64,000 bases of DNA from contig DATHOE010000019.1 of the NCBI GenBank assembly GCA_035485275.1, positions 27,373 through 91,372 of the forward strand, in the 5' to 3' direction. A model generated the notes under the pieces. It had not been told where the DNA came from. It worked only from the letters and a program-made list of their open reading frames with translations, and made no database searches. Of the stretch, positions 8,633 to 19,162 are shown one piece after another (position 1 is the stretch's first letter; each line of letters opens with the position of its first letter). The stretch comes from a bacterium. Lineage in GTDB: Bacteria; Oederibacteriota; JAJYGY01; DAIDJD01. The position numbers were made by a program, and so were the translations under genes.

Positions 8633-10023
8633 CACCCCAGGCCCTGGCCTGGGGCTGGCTCGAGCATCTGCCGGCCCGGCCCTTCACCCTGCTGGAAACG
8701 GCGGGTTCCAATCCGAAAAAGCGGTTTTCCCTGCTCGCAGGGGAGCCGCTTTTTGTGTTTGAGGGCAGGGCCTCGCGTTCCAGCCTGGTCTGCGGGGCCA
8801 AACGCTGGCGGCTCGGCCTGCCGCCGGAACAGGCCTTTGAACGGATCGGCAAGGCGCTGGCCGGGCGCGGAGGCTCCGCTTTCTGGCCCCTGATCAACGC
8901 GTTCGGCTACGAGGCGGGCGGGCGCTTCGAAAAGCTCCCGCGCGCGTCGGCCGGATCCTTGAAACTCCCGGATTGGTGGGCTTTTTTGCCGGGCCTGTGG
9001 GCCTGGTGGGATCCCGGCAAAGGCGCCTGGCGCCGTTCCAGGGCCGGGCTGGACGCTTCGACGTCCAAGGCGCTTGCCCGAAGCCTGGGCCTGCCTGCGC
9101 GGGCCCTGGAGGCTGCGCGCAGGGCTCCGGAGGCGGCCTGGATTCGCCTGGCATCGCTGCTGAAAGGGCCCCTGTCCGCGCCTGAACCGGAGCCGGCGCC
9201 TCCGCGCGGCGCCTTGGACGATTCCATGGGCAAGGCCGGATACTGCGCCAGGGTGCGCGCCATCCAGCGCCACATCCTTGACGGCGACATCTACCAGGCC
9301 AATTTGGCCCATCATTTTGAGACGGATTTCAGCGGCAAGCCTTTCGACCTCTACCGCCGCCTCACCCGCATCAATCCCAGCCCCATGGCGGCCTATGTGG
9401 ACTTGGGCGCGGTCCAGGTGGTAAGCGCCTCGCCTGAGCGCCTCTTCCAAGTGCGGGGGCGGCAGGCGGAAACCTGGCCCATCGCCGGCACCGCCGCCAG
9501 GACCGGGCGTCCGGGTGAACGCCAGGCCCTGCGCCGCAGCGCGAAGGACCAGGCCGAGCACGTGATGCTGGTGGATCTCGAACGCAACGACCTTGGCCGG
9601 GTCTGCGTGCCGGGGACCGTGCGGGTGCCGCGCTTTCAGGTGGTGCACAGCTACAGCCATGTGCACCACCTGGTCAGCCAGGTCTGCGGCGTCCTGCTTC
9701 CGGGGCTTTCCTTGCCCCAGGTCCTGGCGGCCGGTTTTCCCGGCGGGTCCATCACCGGCGCCCCGAAGATACGCTGCATGGAGATCATCGCGGCCTTGGA
9801 GGGGCGGGCCCGCGGATGGTACACGGGTTCGCTGGGCTGGTGGGATCCCCGCCGGCGCGAGGCGGACCTGAACATCCTGATCCGGACGCTCTTCGTCGCG
9901 AAGGGCCGCGCGGGCGCCGGGGTCGGCGCCGGGATCGTCCTGGATTCCAAGCCCGAAGCAGAATGGGAAGAGACCCTGGCCAAGGCCGCCGCCCTGCTGT
10001 CGGCCCTGGGGCGGACACGGTGA
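8629..10023 (+). CDS. pabB: Aminodeoxychorismate synthase component I (chorismate-binding enzyme)
   Basis: Chorismate-utilising motifs GDIYQANL, SPERLF, GSITGAPK and WYTGSLGW. The GTG start at 8629 overlaps the greA stop (GTGA). The next gene is a class IV aminotransferase. Confidence 0.75.
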   Translation: MTPQALAWGWLEHLPARPFTLLETAGSNPKKRFSLLAGEPLFVFEGRASRSSLVCGAKRWRLGLPPEQAFERIGKALAGRGGSAFWPLINAFGYEAGGRFEKLPRASAGSLKLPDWWAFLPGLWAWWDPGKGAWRRSRAGLDASTSKALARSLGLPARALEAARRAPEAAWIRLASLLKGPLSAPEPEPAPPRGALDDSMGKAGYCARVRAIQRHILDGDIYQANLAHHFETDFSGKPFDLYRRLTRINPSPMAAYVDLGAVQVVSASPERLFQVRGRQAETWPIAGTAARTGRPGERQALRRSAKDQAEHVMLVDLERNDLGRVCVPGTVRVPRFQVVHSYSHVHHLVSQVCGVLLPGLSLPQVLAAGFPGGSITGAPKIRCMEIIAALEGRARGWYTGSLGWWDPRRREADLNILIRTLFVAKGRAGAGVGAGIVLDSKPEAEWEETLAKAAALLSALGRTR

Positions 10024-10841
10024 AGCCCTCGCCTTGGAAGCCGGCGGGGAAGCCCGACTCGGTTTGGGTCGACGGGCGCTGGGTGCCCTTAAGCCATGCC
10101 ACCCTTGGCCTGGAGCGCTGGCAGCCCTGGTCCTCGCTCAGCCTGGCGGAAAGCGTCGCGGTGGAACGGGGCGTGCCATTGCACCTGGGCCTGCACCTGG
10201 AGCGCCTGGCGACGGCTTGCCGGGCCATGGGCTGGCCCGACCCGGACCGGCGCGTCCTGTCCGCCGTGGCCCGCCAATTGCCCGTCCGCAACCGCCTGCG
10301 CCGGGGAGGCCTGCGCCTGCGCTGGTGGGGAGGCCGGAGCCGGCCCCTGTTTCTGGCATTCGGGCTGCAGGCGGCGGCCCCGGCCGCCGGGGGGCTGAGG
10401 CTGATGACCAGCGCCGTGCGCCATTACGGCGCCGACAGCCTCAACGGCCGCGCCAAGCTGGGACAGATGCTGCCCAACTGGCTGGCCAGGGCCGAGATCG
10501 AGGCCTATGCGGAGGACGGCCTGAGGCTGACGCCCGAAGGCCTGGTGGCGGAGGCGGTCTGGAGCAACATTTTCGCCTTGAAGCGCGGGGTCGTGCGGAC
10601 TCCGCCGCTGGGCTCCGGAATCCTGGACGGCGTCGCCCGGACGCGCTTCATCGCCAAGCTGCGCCGGGGGCCTTGGGAAGTCCGGGAGGAGCCCCTGACC
10701 CGCTATGACCTATGGACCGCGGACAGGGTCTGGCTGAGCTCCTCCTTGCGCGGAATACTGGAGGTCGTCAGCGTGGACGGGCGGACGCTGGGGCCCGACG
10801 ACATTTTGCCCGGGCCCGCCGGGTCGGGAAAAGGGAAGTGA
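10020..10841 (+). CDS. pabC: Class IV aminotransferase-fold protein, probable aminodeoxychorismate lyase
   Basis: The GTG start overlaps the pabB stop (GTGA). The fold-type IV-like C-terminal region (NIFALKRGVVRTPPLGSGILDGVAR ... SSSLRGILEV) and the position after pabB support the call. Confidence 0.6.
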   Translation: MKPSPWKPAGKPDSVWVDGRWVPLSHATLGLERWQPWSSLSLAESVAVERGVPLHLGLHLERLATACRAMGWPDPDRRVLSAVARQLPVRNRLRRGGLRLRWWGGRSRPLFLAFGLQAAAPAAGGLRLMTSAVRHYGADSLNGRAKLGQMLPNWLARAEIEAYAEDGLRLTPEGLVAEAVWSNIFALKRGVVRTPPLGSGILDGVARTRFIAKLRRGPWEVREEPLTRYDLWTADRVWLSSSLRGILEVVSVDGRTLGPDDILPGPAGSGKGK

Positions 10842-10845
10842 GACG

Positions 10846-11604
10846 ATGTCCCCCTTGAGCCACCAGCTCGTCGCTGAGGTCAGCCTGGCGGGCATGGGCT
10901 TCGACGCCCTGGGCGGCTGTTACCTGGCCTACGACCTCCTCGGCGGCAAGAGAGGCCCCCTCGGAGCGATCGCACGGACGGCCGGGTTCACCGCCCTTTT
11001 CCTGGTGGGCTACCTGGTCGTGCTCGGCCTGAAGTACGCGGTCGTGGCAGCGGGGGGCATGGGCCTGCTGCTGGCGATCGAATTCCGCCCTTCCGTTTCC
11101 GGCCCCGGGCACGAGCAGATCCGGGCCGCCCGTTCGCTGCTGTTCGGGTTCCTGCGGGGCCTGGTGCTTGGACTGGCGGGCATGACCCTCGCCGGTCCGC
11201 TCTTCGGCGCCATTTTCGGGGTGCTCTCCGGGCTTGGCCTGATGGGGGTCTACTCCCTGGGCTTCTCACCCCGGCGGGAGCAGGAAAGGCCCGGCCGGCC
11301 CCATCTGTCGCGCCAGAAGATCCTGGCCTCCCTGATGAGGGCCCTGGCCGTGAGCTTGGCTGGCCTGGTCGCGGCCTTTGTGGTTCCCAGCTCCGAGAAC
11401 TGGGTCTGGTTCGGGCTGAGGCTCGGCCTGGCGGCGGGCACGGTGAGCGCCCTGGTGAGCCTGTACAGCCCGACCATCGAGTGGTGGGTGGACAACCTGC
11501 CCGAACGGCGCCTGGGCGTGATCGGCCTGTGCCTGGTGTTTTTCGGGATGCTCCTGCAATCCTTCCCGACTTGGATGACGGCCCTGAATATCGCGGTCCA
11601 GTGA
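10846..11604 (+). CDS. Hypothetical multi-pass membrane protein
   Basis: Six or more hydrophobic Gly/Ala/Leu-rich segments. No motif recognised. Confidence 0.55.
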   Translation: MSPLSHQLVAEVSLAGMGFDALGGCYLAYDLLGGKRGPLGAIARTAGFTALFLVGYLVVLGLKYAVVAAGGMGLLLAIEFRPSVSGPGHEQIRAARSLLFGFLRGLVLGLAGMTLAGPLFGAIFGVLSGLGLMGVYSLGFSPRREQERPGRPHLSRQKILASLMRALAVSLAGLVAAFVVPSSENWVWFGLRLGLAAGTVSALVSLYSPTIEWWVDNLPERRLGVIGLCLVFFGMLLQSFPTWMTALNIAVQ

Positions 11605-11659
11605 GGCCTTAGGCCCCGAATCGGTCCAGGCCGCGGGTATTCCACTTGCCCCCGGCTTC

Positions 11660-11668
11660 TGCTATACT
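11660..11668 (+). promoter_or_regulatory. Possible extended -10 element (TGcTATACT) upstream of leuS
   Basis: TG at 11660-11661 and TATACT at 11663-11668. No good -35 element. Confidence 0.3.
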
Positions 11669-11686
11669 CTCGGACTTTGAAAAGCT

Positions 11687-14257
<2,571 letters not shown>

Positions 14258-14293
14258 AGGGCCCGCCCCTCGCAAAGCCTGAAAGGACACAGC

Positions 14294-14881
14294 ATGAAAC
14301 ATTTTCTGATGATCGCGTTGGCGCTCGTGGGCCTGGGCTTCCTGGCCGCCGCCTGCGACGAGGCCCTGCCCATCAAGGGCAACCTGCCCAACGAAAGCAA
14401 CAAGGTCTATATCCCGCCCTTCGAGAACAAGACCAGCGAGCCCGGCCTGGACACCCTGCTGACCCAGAAGGTGATACAGAACTTCCTCATCGACGGACGC
14501 CTCCAGGTCGCGGAAGAGGACAAGGCCGACATGATCCTGGAGGGCACCATCGAGCGCTATGACCGCCTGGTGATGACCCGGGACCAGAACCAGGTGCCGC
14601 AGCAGTACCGCCTGCAGGTGGTCGTGGACCTGACGCTCTATTCGGCGAAACCGAAAAAGAAGGAGCTGTGGACGACCCACACCATCGTCAACCTTACGCC
14701 CGGCGAGAGCATGACCGGCGACGAGTTCGACTCCACCAACGTCACCAGCCTGCGCGAGTTCACGACCTACTATGTCCTCAACGTCGCGGGCGTGCCGCCC
14801 GAGGACGAGCCCACGGCCCAGGCCCGCCTGATGGATCAAATGGCGGGCAGGGTGGTGCGGCGGACGATCGACGGCTTCTGA
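14294..14881 (+). CDS. lptE: LptE-like outer-membrane lipoprotein (LPS-assembly lipoprotein candidate)
   Basis: Signal peptide ending in the lipobox-like LAAAC. Size of about 190 aa. Position immediately after leuS, as in the conserved leuS-lptE synteny of Proteobacteria. Sequence similarity was not verified. Confidence 0.5.
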   Translation: MKHFLMIALALVGLGFLAAACDEALPIKGNLPNESNKVYIPPFENKTSEPGLDTLLTQKVIQNFLIDGRLQVAEEDKADMILEGTIERYDRLVMTRDQNQVPQQYRLQVVVDLTLYSAKPKKKELWTTHTIVNLTPGESMTGDEFDSTNVTSLREFTTYYVLNVAGVPPEDEPTAQARLMDQMAGRVVRRTIDGF

Positions 14882-15579
14882 TGCCGGGCCGGACGGCTAG
14901 GGTCCTTGCGCCGGCCCTGTGCCTGGCGCTCCTGTGCCTGGGCGCCGGCCCCGCGGCGGCGGCGGCCAGGCCCCTGGTCACGGTGCTGGACATCTGTTCC
15001 TCGCTGGCCGCGGACACCTATCCCGCGGACACGCAAAATTGGTTCGACCCCGAACGCAACGCCCAGGTCGTTTTCTACGCGCAGCTGCTCTTTCCGGTGG
15101 ACCCCCTGCCCGACGAAAGCCTGCCCGCGGCACCGGCCCAGTCCTGGCATCCGCCCATGGCGGTTTCCGCTCCGCCGTCCTCCGGCTCCGCTCCCGCCGA
15201 GGGGCAGCACTACGCCGAGGCCGAATGGCTCGATCCGGCGGGGAAGGGCCTGGCGCTGTTCGGGATGACCCTGACGGCGCGGGCCCAGAGGGACTGGATC
15301 AGCGTGTCGGGTCGCAGCTATATCCCCCACACCTTCGCCATGGCCATCGGCACGCGCGACCTGAGGGCCGCCGCGGGGCAGACGGCCCTGCCCGGGCAGC
15401 CGGGGCAGTACACGGTCCGCCTGCGGGTGGACGGCCGTTCCGTGGGCCTGGCCTTTTTCAAGATGCTGCGCGGCGCGGCCGCCCCGGCGAAGCCCGGCGC
15501 GCCGTCCGCCCCGGCGGCGATCCAGGCCATCAGCACCCCGGTGCCCATCCCCACGCTGCCGGCGCTCAAGCTTCCTTGA
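14881..15579 (+). CDS. Hypothetical secreted protein
   Basis: The ATG overlaps the lptE-like stop (TGATG). The signal-peptide-like N-terminus is MPGRTARVLAPALCLALLCLGAGPAAAAA. Confidence 0.55.
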   Translation: MPGRTARVLAPALCLALLCLGAGPAAAAARPLVTVLDICSSLAADTYPADTQNWFDPERNAQVVFYAQLLFPVDPLPDESLPAAPAQSWHPPMAVSAPPSSGSAPAEGQHYAEAEWLDPAGKGLALFGMTLTARAQRDWISVSGRSYIPHTFAMAIGTRDLRAAAGQTALPGQPGQYTVRLRVDGRSVGLAFFKMLRGAAAPAKPGAPSAPAAIQAISTPVPIPTLPALKLP

Positions 15580-15667
15580 ACAAAAAAAAGGACGCCCCTC
15601 TTCAGGGACGCCCTTTGATTTCTGCGCGAAGGCCGGCGCTTCGTTCCGGCGCTCTTGAACGGCCTGC

Positions 15668-15931
15668 TTAGGCGGCTTTCTTCAGCTTCTGCACCACGAT
15701 CGCCAGACGGGCCTTGTTGCGGGCGGCCATGTTGGCGTGGATGTATTTGCGGGTGGCGGCCTTGTCGATGAGCGACACGGCGTCCTTGTACAGGACGGCG
15801 GCTTCATCGGCGGTCTTGGCCTCGCGCACCTTTTTGACGGCGCTGCGGAGGCGGGTGATGACGGCCACGTTCCGGACCCTGCGGCGGGCGGTGCGGCGGA
15901 CGTCCTTTTCAGATGACTTCTTGATCGGCAC
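15668..15931 (-). CDS. rpsT: 30S ribosomal protein S20
   Basis: MPIKKSSEKDVRRTARRRVRN..., 87 aa. GTG start with AAGGAG 5 nt upstream. Confidence 0.95.
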   Translation of the reverse strand: MPIKKSSEKDVRRTARRRVRNVAVITRLRSAVKKVREAKTADEAAVLYKDAVSLIDKAATRKYIHANMAARNKARLAIVVQKLKKAA

Positions 15932-15970
15932 AGGGGCTCCTTGAACTCGAAAACACTCCGAAGAACAAAA

Positions 15971-16000
15971 AATCTAGCACGTCCGGGCTCGCCCTGTCAA
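15971..16000 (-). promoter_or_regulatory. Putative rpsT promoter, TTGACA-N18-TAGATT with an extended TG
   Basis: The minus strand reads TTGACAgggcgagcccggacgTGcTAGATT. In plus coordinates, tgtcaa is at 15995-16000 and aatcta at 15971-15976. Confidence 0.5.
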
Positions 16001-16026
16001 CAAGGGCAGGAGCCGGGCGGCCGGGC

Positions 16027-17214
16027 ATGAGCGCCTCCCGGGGCCTGAAAAAGGCCTTCCTGCTGGGCGGCCTGCTTGCCCTGGCCGGCCTTGCCCTGGC
16101 GGGTCAGGGGGCCGGAGCAGCGGTTTTGGGCCTGGCCCTCTTCGCCTGGCTGGCCTATGAGACCCTGAAAAGGACCCGCTTCCGCTTCACGGACAGGGGC
16201 CGGGAGCTCGGTTTGGCCTTCGATTCCGAGGTCCTGGACCTTCACGGAGGGGCTTGCGGGGTCTTCGTGGAAGGCGGGGGGACGGTCACGGTCCTGCCCT
16301 TGGGCCCGGGCCGGACCTGGCGCCGGACGCTCAAGCCCCCTCCCATGGCCCTATTGCCCCTGTCCGGGGGCCACCTGATCCTGGCCTACGAGGACCGGCT
16401 CAGCCTGACGGACAAGGGCGGCGCGGAGATCCGCGGTTTGGCCTTTGAGCCGCCCCTTTTGCGCCAGGGCTACCGGCTCGTGGCCGATCCCGGCGGTGAC
16501 TGGGTGGCCCTGGCCACGCCTTGGTTCGTGCAGGTCGCGGACGCGGGCCTGGAAAGGACGGCCGGCCGGCTGCGTTTCGAGGACGCCGGACACTATTTCA
16601 AATACGCCGCCCTCGGACCCGGGGGCAGGGGCCTGCTGGTGGGCGGCGCCTACCTCCTGGACGAGGAGGCCGGCGGATCCCTGGAGGCGCGCTGGGGCTG
16701 GTGGGAGCGGGGCGACGACGCTTCCTGGACGCGGCGTTGGGGCCAGGCCCGCGAAGGATACGAGAACAGCCAGCTGCGCGGCGTCCACCTATGCGACGAC
16801 GCGGGCATCCTGTGCACCGAACTTTGGCGTTCCGGCTACGCCTTCGAGCTGCGCAGGCCGGACGGCACGCTTTTATGGGAAAGGCCGGGAGGGGAACGCC
16901 CGGTCTTGAGCCCGGGCGGAGCCAGGCTGGTCTGGGAAAAAGGGCAGGACTGCCTGGTGATGAGCTCCGCGGACGGGACCGAATGCTGGCAATGGAAGCC
17001 CAAGGAACAGATACGCATGAAGCGCCCTTTGGATGACGGCTCCTGCATCGTGCTCGAAGGCCGCTGCCTGAGGCGCTTCAGCCCCGCGGGCGTCCAGGGC
17101 CCTGAGACCTGGTTGAAGAACGACGCCGCCCACCTGGCGCTCGGCGCGGGCGGAAGCTTGCTCCTGGCCGCCGGACGCCACGGCGCCCTCCTCAGCCTTG
17201 ACGGGGGTTTTTGA
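16027..17214 (+). CDS. Hypothetical membrane-anchored protein, repeat-rich (beta-propeller-like) C-terminal region
   Basis: Two N-terminal hydrophobic helices, then repeated Gly/Trp-containing strand-like segments. No family recognised. Confidence 0.55.
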   Translation: MSASRGLKKAFLLGGLLALAGLALAGQGAGAAVLGLALFAWLAYETLKRTRFRFTDRGRELGLAFDSEVLDLHGGACGVFVEGGGTVTVLPLGPGRTWRRTLKPPPMALLPLSGGHLILAYEDRLSLTDKGGAEIRGLAFEPPLLRQGYRLVADPGGDWVALATPWFVQVADAGLERTAGRLRFEDAGHYFKYAALGPGGRGLLVGGAYLLDEEAGGSLEARWGWWERGDDASWTRRWGQAREGYENSQLRGVHLCDDAGILCTELWRSGYAFELRRPDGTLLWERPGGERPVLSPGGARLVWEKGQDCLVMSSADGTECWQWKPKEQIRMKRPLDDGSCIVLEGRCLRRFSPAGVQGPETWLKNDAAHLALGAGGSLLLAAGRHGALLSLDGGF

Positions 17215-17215
17215 C

Positions 17216-19162
17216 ATGGCGCGGCGCCTGGCCCTCGCGGTGTTGACGCTCCTGGACCTGGCGGCCTTCGCCCCCGCACGCGTGGACGCGGCCGCGGTGG
17301 CCGGGCGCCTTAGCTTCAAGGCCGAGCCGGTGTCCCGGCAGGCCTCCTTCCTGTCGGCCCTGCTGGCCCCGGGACGGGGTACGGGCGCGGCGGCCGGCGC
17401 GGTGAGTTTCGCCTTGCCCCAAGATTTGGCCCAGGGGCGCGACGCTTCCGGGCGCTGGATGGCGCCTGCCTTGCAGGCCGCTCTGGCCTCCCAGGGCGCC
17501 CTCGACTTCCGCGGCGACCCGGCGCAGGCCGGCGCCCCCGAACCCGGGCCGCGCTGGCGCCCGGCGGAAGCTTCCATCGGCGGCGGGCGCATCAGCGCGA
17601 CCGGCCTTCCGCGGGTGCTCCTCCTGGAGAACAGCGCGACCATATCGCCGCTGTCCAAGGGCCTGTCCTCGTGGGGCTGGCCCCTCACCCTCAGATCCTT
17701 CGCCGACGCGGAATCGAACCCCTCCAAACTCTTGGACCCGGACGCGGTGGACGTGGTGGCCGTGGAATCGCCCGCCGGCTGGGGCGCCGGCGACGAGCCC
17801 TCCGGTCCCTCCCAGATGAGCGACGCCGTCGCCGCGGCGCTGCGGGACTTTGTCCGCCGGGGCGGCACCGCGGTCTTCTTCGACATCTCCCAGTGGGACG
17901 TGGAAAAAGTCTGGCCCGGCAGCGTCGGCCTCGCGCCCGTCGGACCCTACGCGGTGTCGAAACTTTCCTTTTATAAGGGCCCTCACGGGGGAATCAGCCT
18001 GTCCAACTTCGGGGAGGTGGCCGACAGCCTGAAAGCGCGGGAGGCCTTCGGGCTTGTCGGGAGCCGCGCCTTTGATTTCGCGGACGGCAGCCAGGGGCCG
18101 GTGTACGCGGCCTGGGCCATGCCCGATCCCGGCGGGGGCCTGGGCTTTGTCGCGGGTCTTGCCTTCCACGTCTTCGACCAGGACGATTCGGATTCCCTCG
18201 CTTCCGCGGCCCAGCGCCTGCTCCTGAACCTTTTCCTGCTCAGCGGAGCGCGGCGCATCAGCATCCAGGGCCAGGCCCCGCCGCCCGAGCCCCCGGCTGC
18301 GGCCACGGCCCTGCCCCCGCCGACCTCGACCCCGGCGCCGCCGACCTCAACGCCGGTTCCGCCGACGCCGGTTCCGCCCTCGCCGACGGCCCTGCCCAGC
18401 CCCGCGCCCGCCACGCCGGTGCCGACCCTGCCGCCTCCAAGCCCGGTGCCGACGCAGCCGCCGCCGACGGAAGCGCCCAGCCCTGAGCCGCCCACGCCGG
18501 TGCCGAGCGTCTACGTGCCGCAGCCGATTCCCCCGGCCCAGCCGGTCTTCCTGGCCCCGACCGCGCTTCCCAGCCCCTGGGTGCCGGCGCCGATGCCGCT
18601 GTTCCTGTTGCCCACGCCCGTGCCGACCCCGGTGCCGCCGGTGGAGAGGCCCATGGCCCTGCCCATGGCGCCCCTGCCGCCCCTTGCGCCCAGCGCGCCG
18701 CAGCTTCCTGCGGCGACCGCGACTCCCTACCTGTACCCCACTCCCACGCCCCAGCCCGCCCCGAGGCCGCGTCCGCGCAGGCGCAGGCGCCTTGCCCGCC
18801 CGCTGCCGTCGCCGACACCCGAGGCCCGGCCGACCGTGGCCATGCGCGCGGTGGTCCAAAATGCGCTGGGTTGCCTTGCCAGCGCGCCGGAACCCTTCTC
18901 CGACGGGGGCGTGTACATAGAATTCTGCCTGAGCCACGCCGCGAACGTGCGCATCGAGGTCTACGACTCCTCCGGGATGAAGCTTTGGACCTCGGAGCTG
19001 AAGCTCCTGCAGCCCGGTCAGCAGCAATGGTGGTTTGACGGCACGGTCCAAGGCAGGGCCCTGGAGCCGGGCTCCTACCTCTTCGAGATCACGGCGGACT
19101 ACGGCGGCGGCATGAGCGAGAGCAGGCAGGGAAGCATGACCCGCGGGCAGGACCGTTCATGA
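17216..19162 (+). CDS. Secreted protein: N-terminal alpha/beta domain, about 180-aa Pro/Thr/Ser-rich tract, C-terminal Ig-like beta-sandwich (FlgD-Ig/T9SS-CTD-like)
   Basis: ATG at 17216, one nt after the previous stop, with a signal peptide MARRLALAVLTLLDLAAFAPARVDA. The tract PPTSTPAPPTSTPVPPTPVPPSPTALPSP... spans about 18270-18830. The C-terminus VYIEFCLSHAANVRIEVYDSSGMKLW...GSYLFEITA resembles FlgD-Ig-type domains. Confidence 0.6.
   Translation: MARRLALAVLTLLDLAAFAPARVDAAAVAGRLSFKAEPVSRQASFLSALLAPGRGTGAAAGAVSFALPQDLAQGRDASGRWMAPALQAALASQGALDFRGDPAQAGAPEPGPRWRPAEASIGGGRISATGLPRVLLLENSATISPLSKGLSSWGWPLTLRSFADAESNPSKLLDPDAVDVVAVESPAGWGAGDEPSGPSQMSDAVAAALRDFVRRGGTAVFFDISQWDVEKVWPGSVGLAPVGPYAVSKLSFYKGPHGGISLSNFGEVADSLKAREAFGLVGSRAFDFADGSQGPVYAAWAMPDPGGGLGFVAGLAFHVFDQDDSDSLASAAQRLLLNLFLLSGARRISIQGQAPPPEPPAAATALPPPTSTPAPPTSTPVPPTPVPPSPTALPSPAPATPVPTLPPPSPVPTQPPPTEAPSPEPPTPVPSVYVPQPIPPAQPVFLAPTALPSPWVPAPMPLFLLPTPVPTPVPPVERPMALPMAPLPPLAPSAPQLPAATATPYLYPTPTPQPAPRPRPRRRRRLARPLPSPTPEARPTVAMRAVVQNALGCLASAPEPFSDGGVYIEFCLSHAANVRIEVYDSSGMKLWTSELKLLQPGQQQWWFDGTVQGRALEPGSYLFEITADYGGGMSESRQGSMTRGQDRS

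Noticed and set aside
15580-15625. Possible bidirectional terminator between the 14881-15579 gene and rpsT
   Set aside because: The apparent symmetry is mostly a direct repeat (GGACGCCC twice). Only 4-5-bp stems (AAAGG/CCTTT, CCCT/AGGG) can form, which is too weak to call.
18270-18830. Short, repetitive-looking Pro/Thr/Ser codon repeats (and the Pro/Ala repeats at about 44380-45010) considered as a possible CRISPR array or satellite
   Set aside because: There is no repeat-spacer regularity. The periodicity is codon-level low complexity inside clearly open, signal-peptide-led reading frames.
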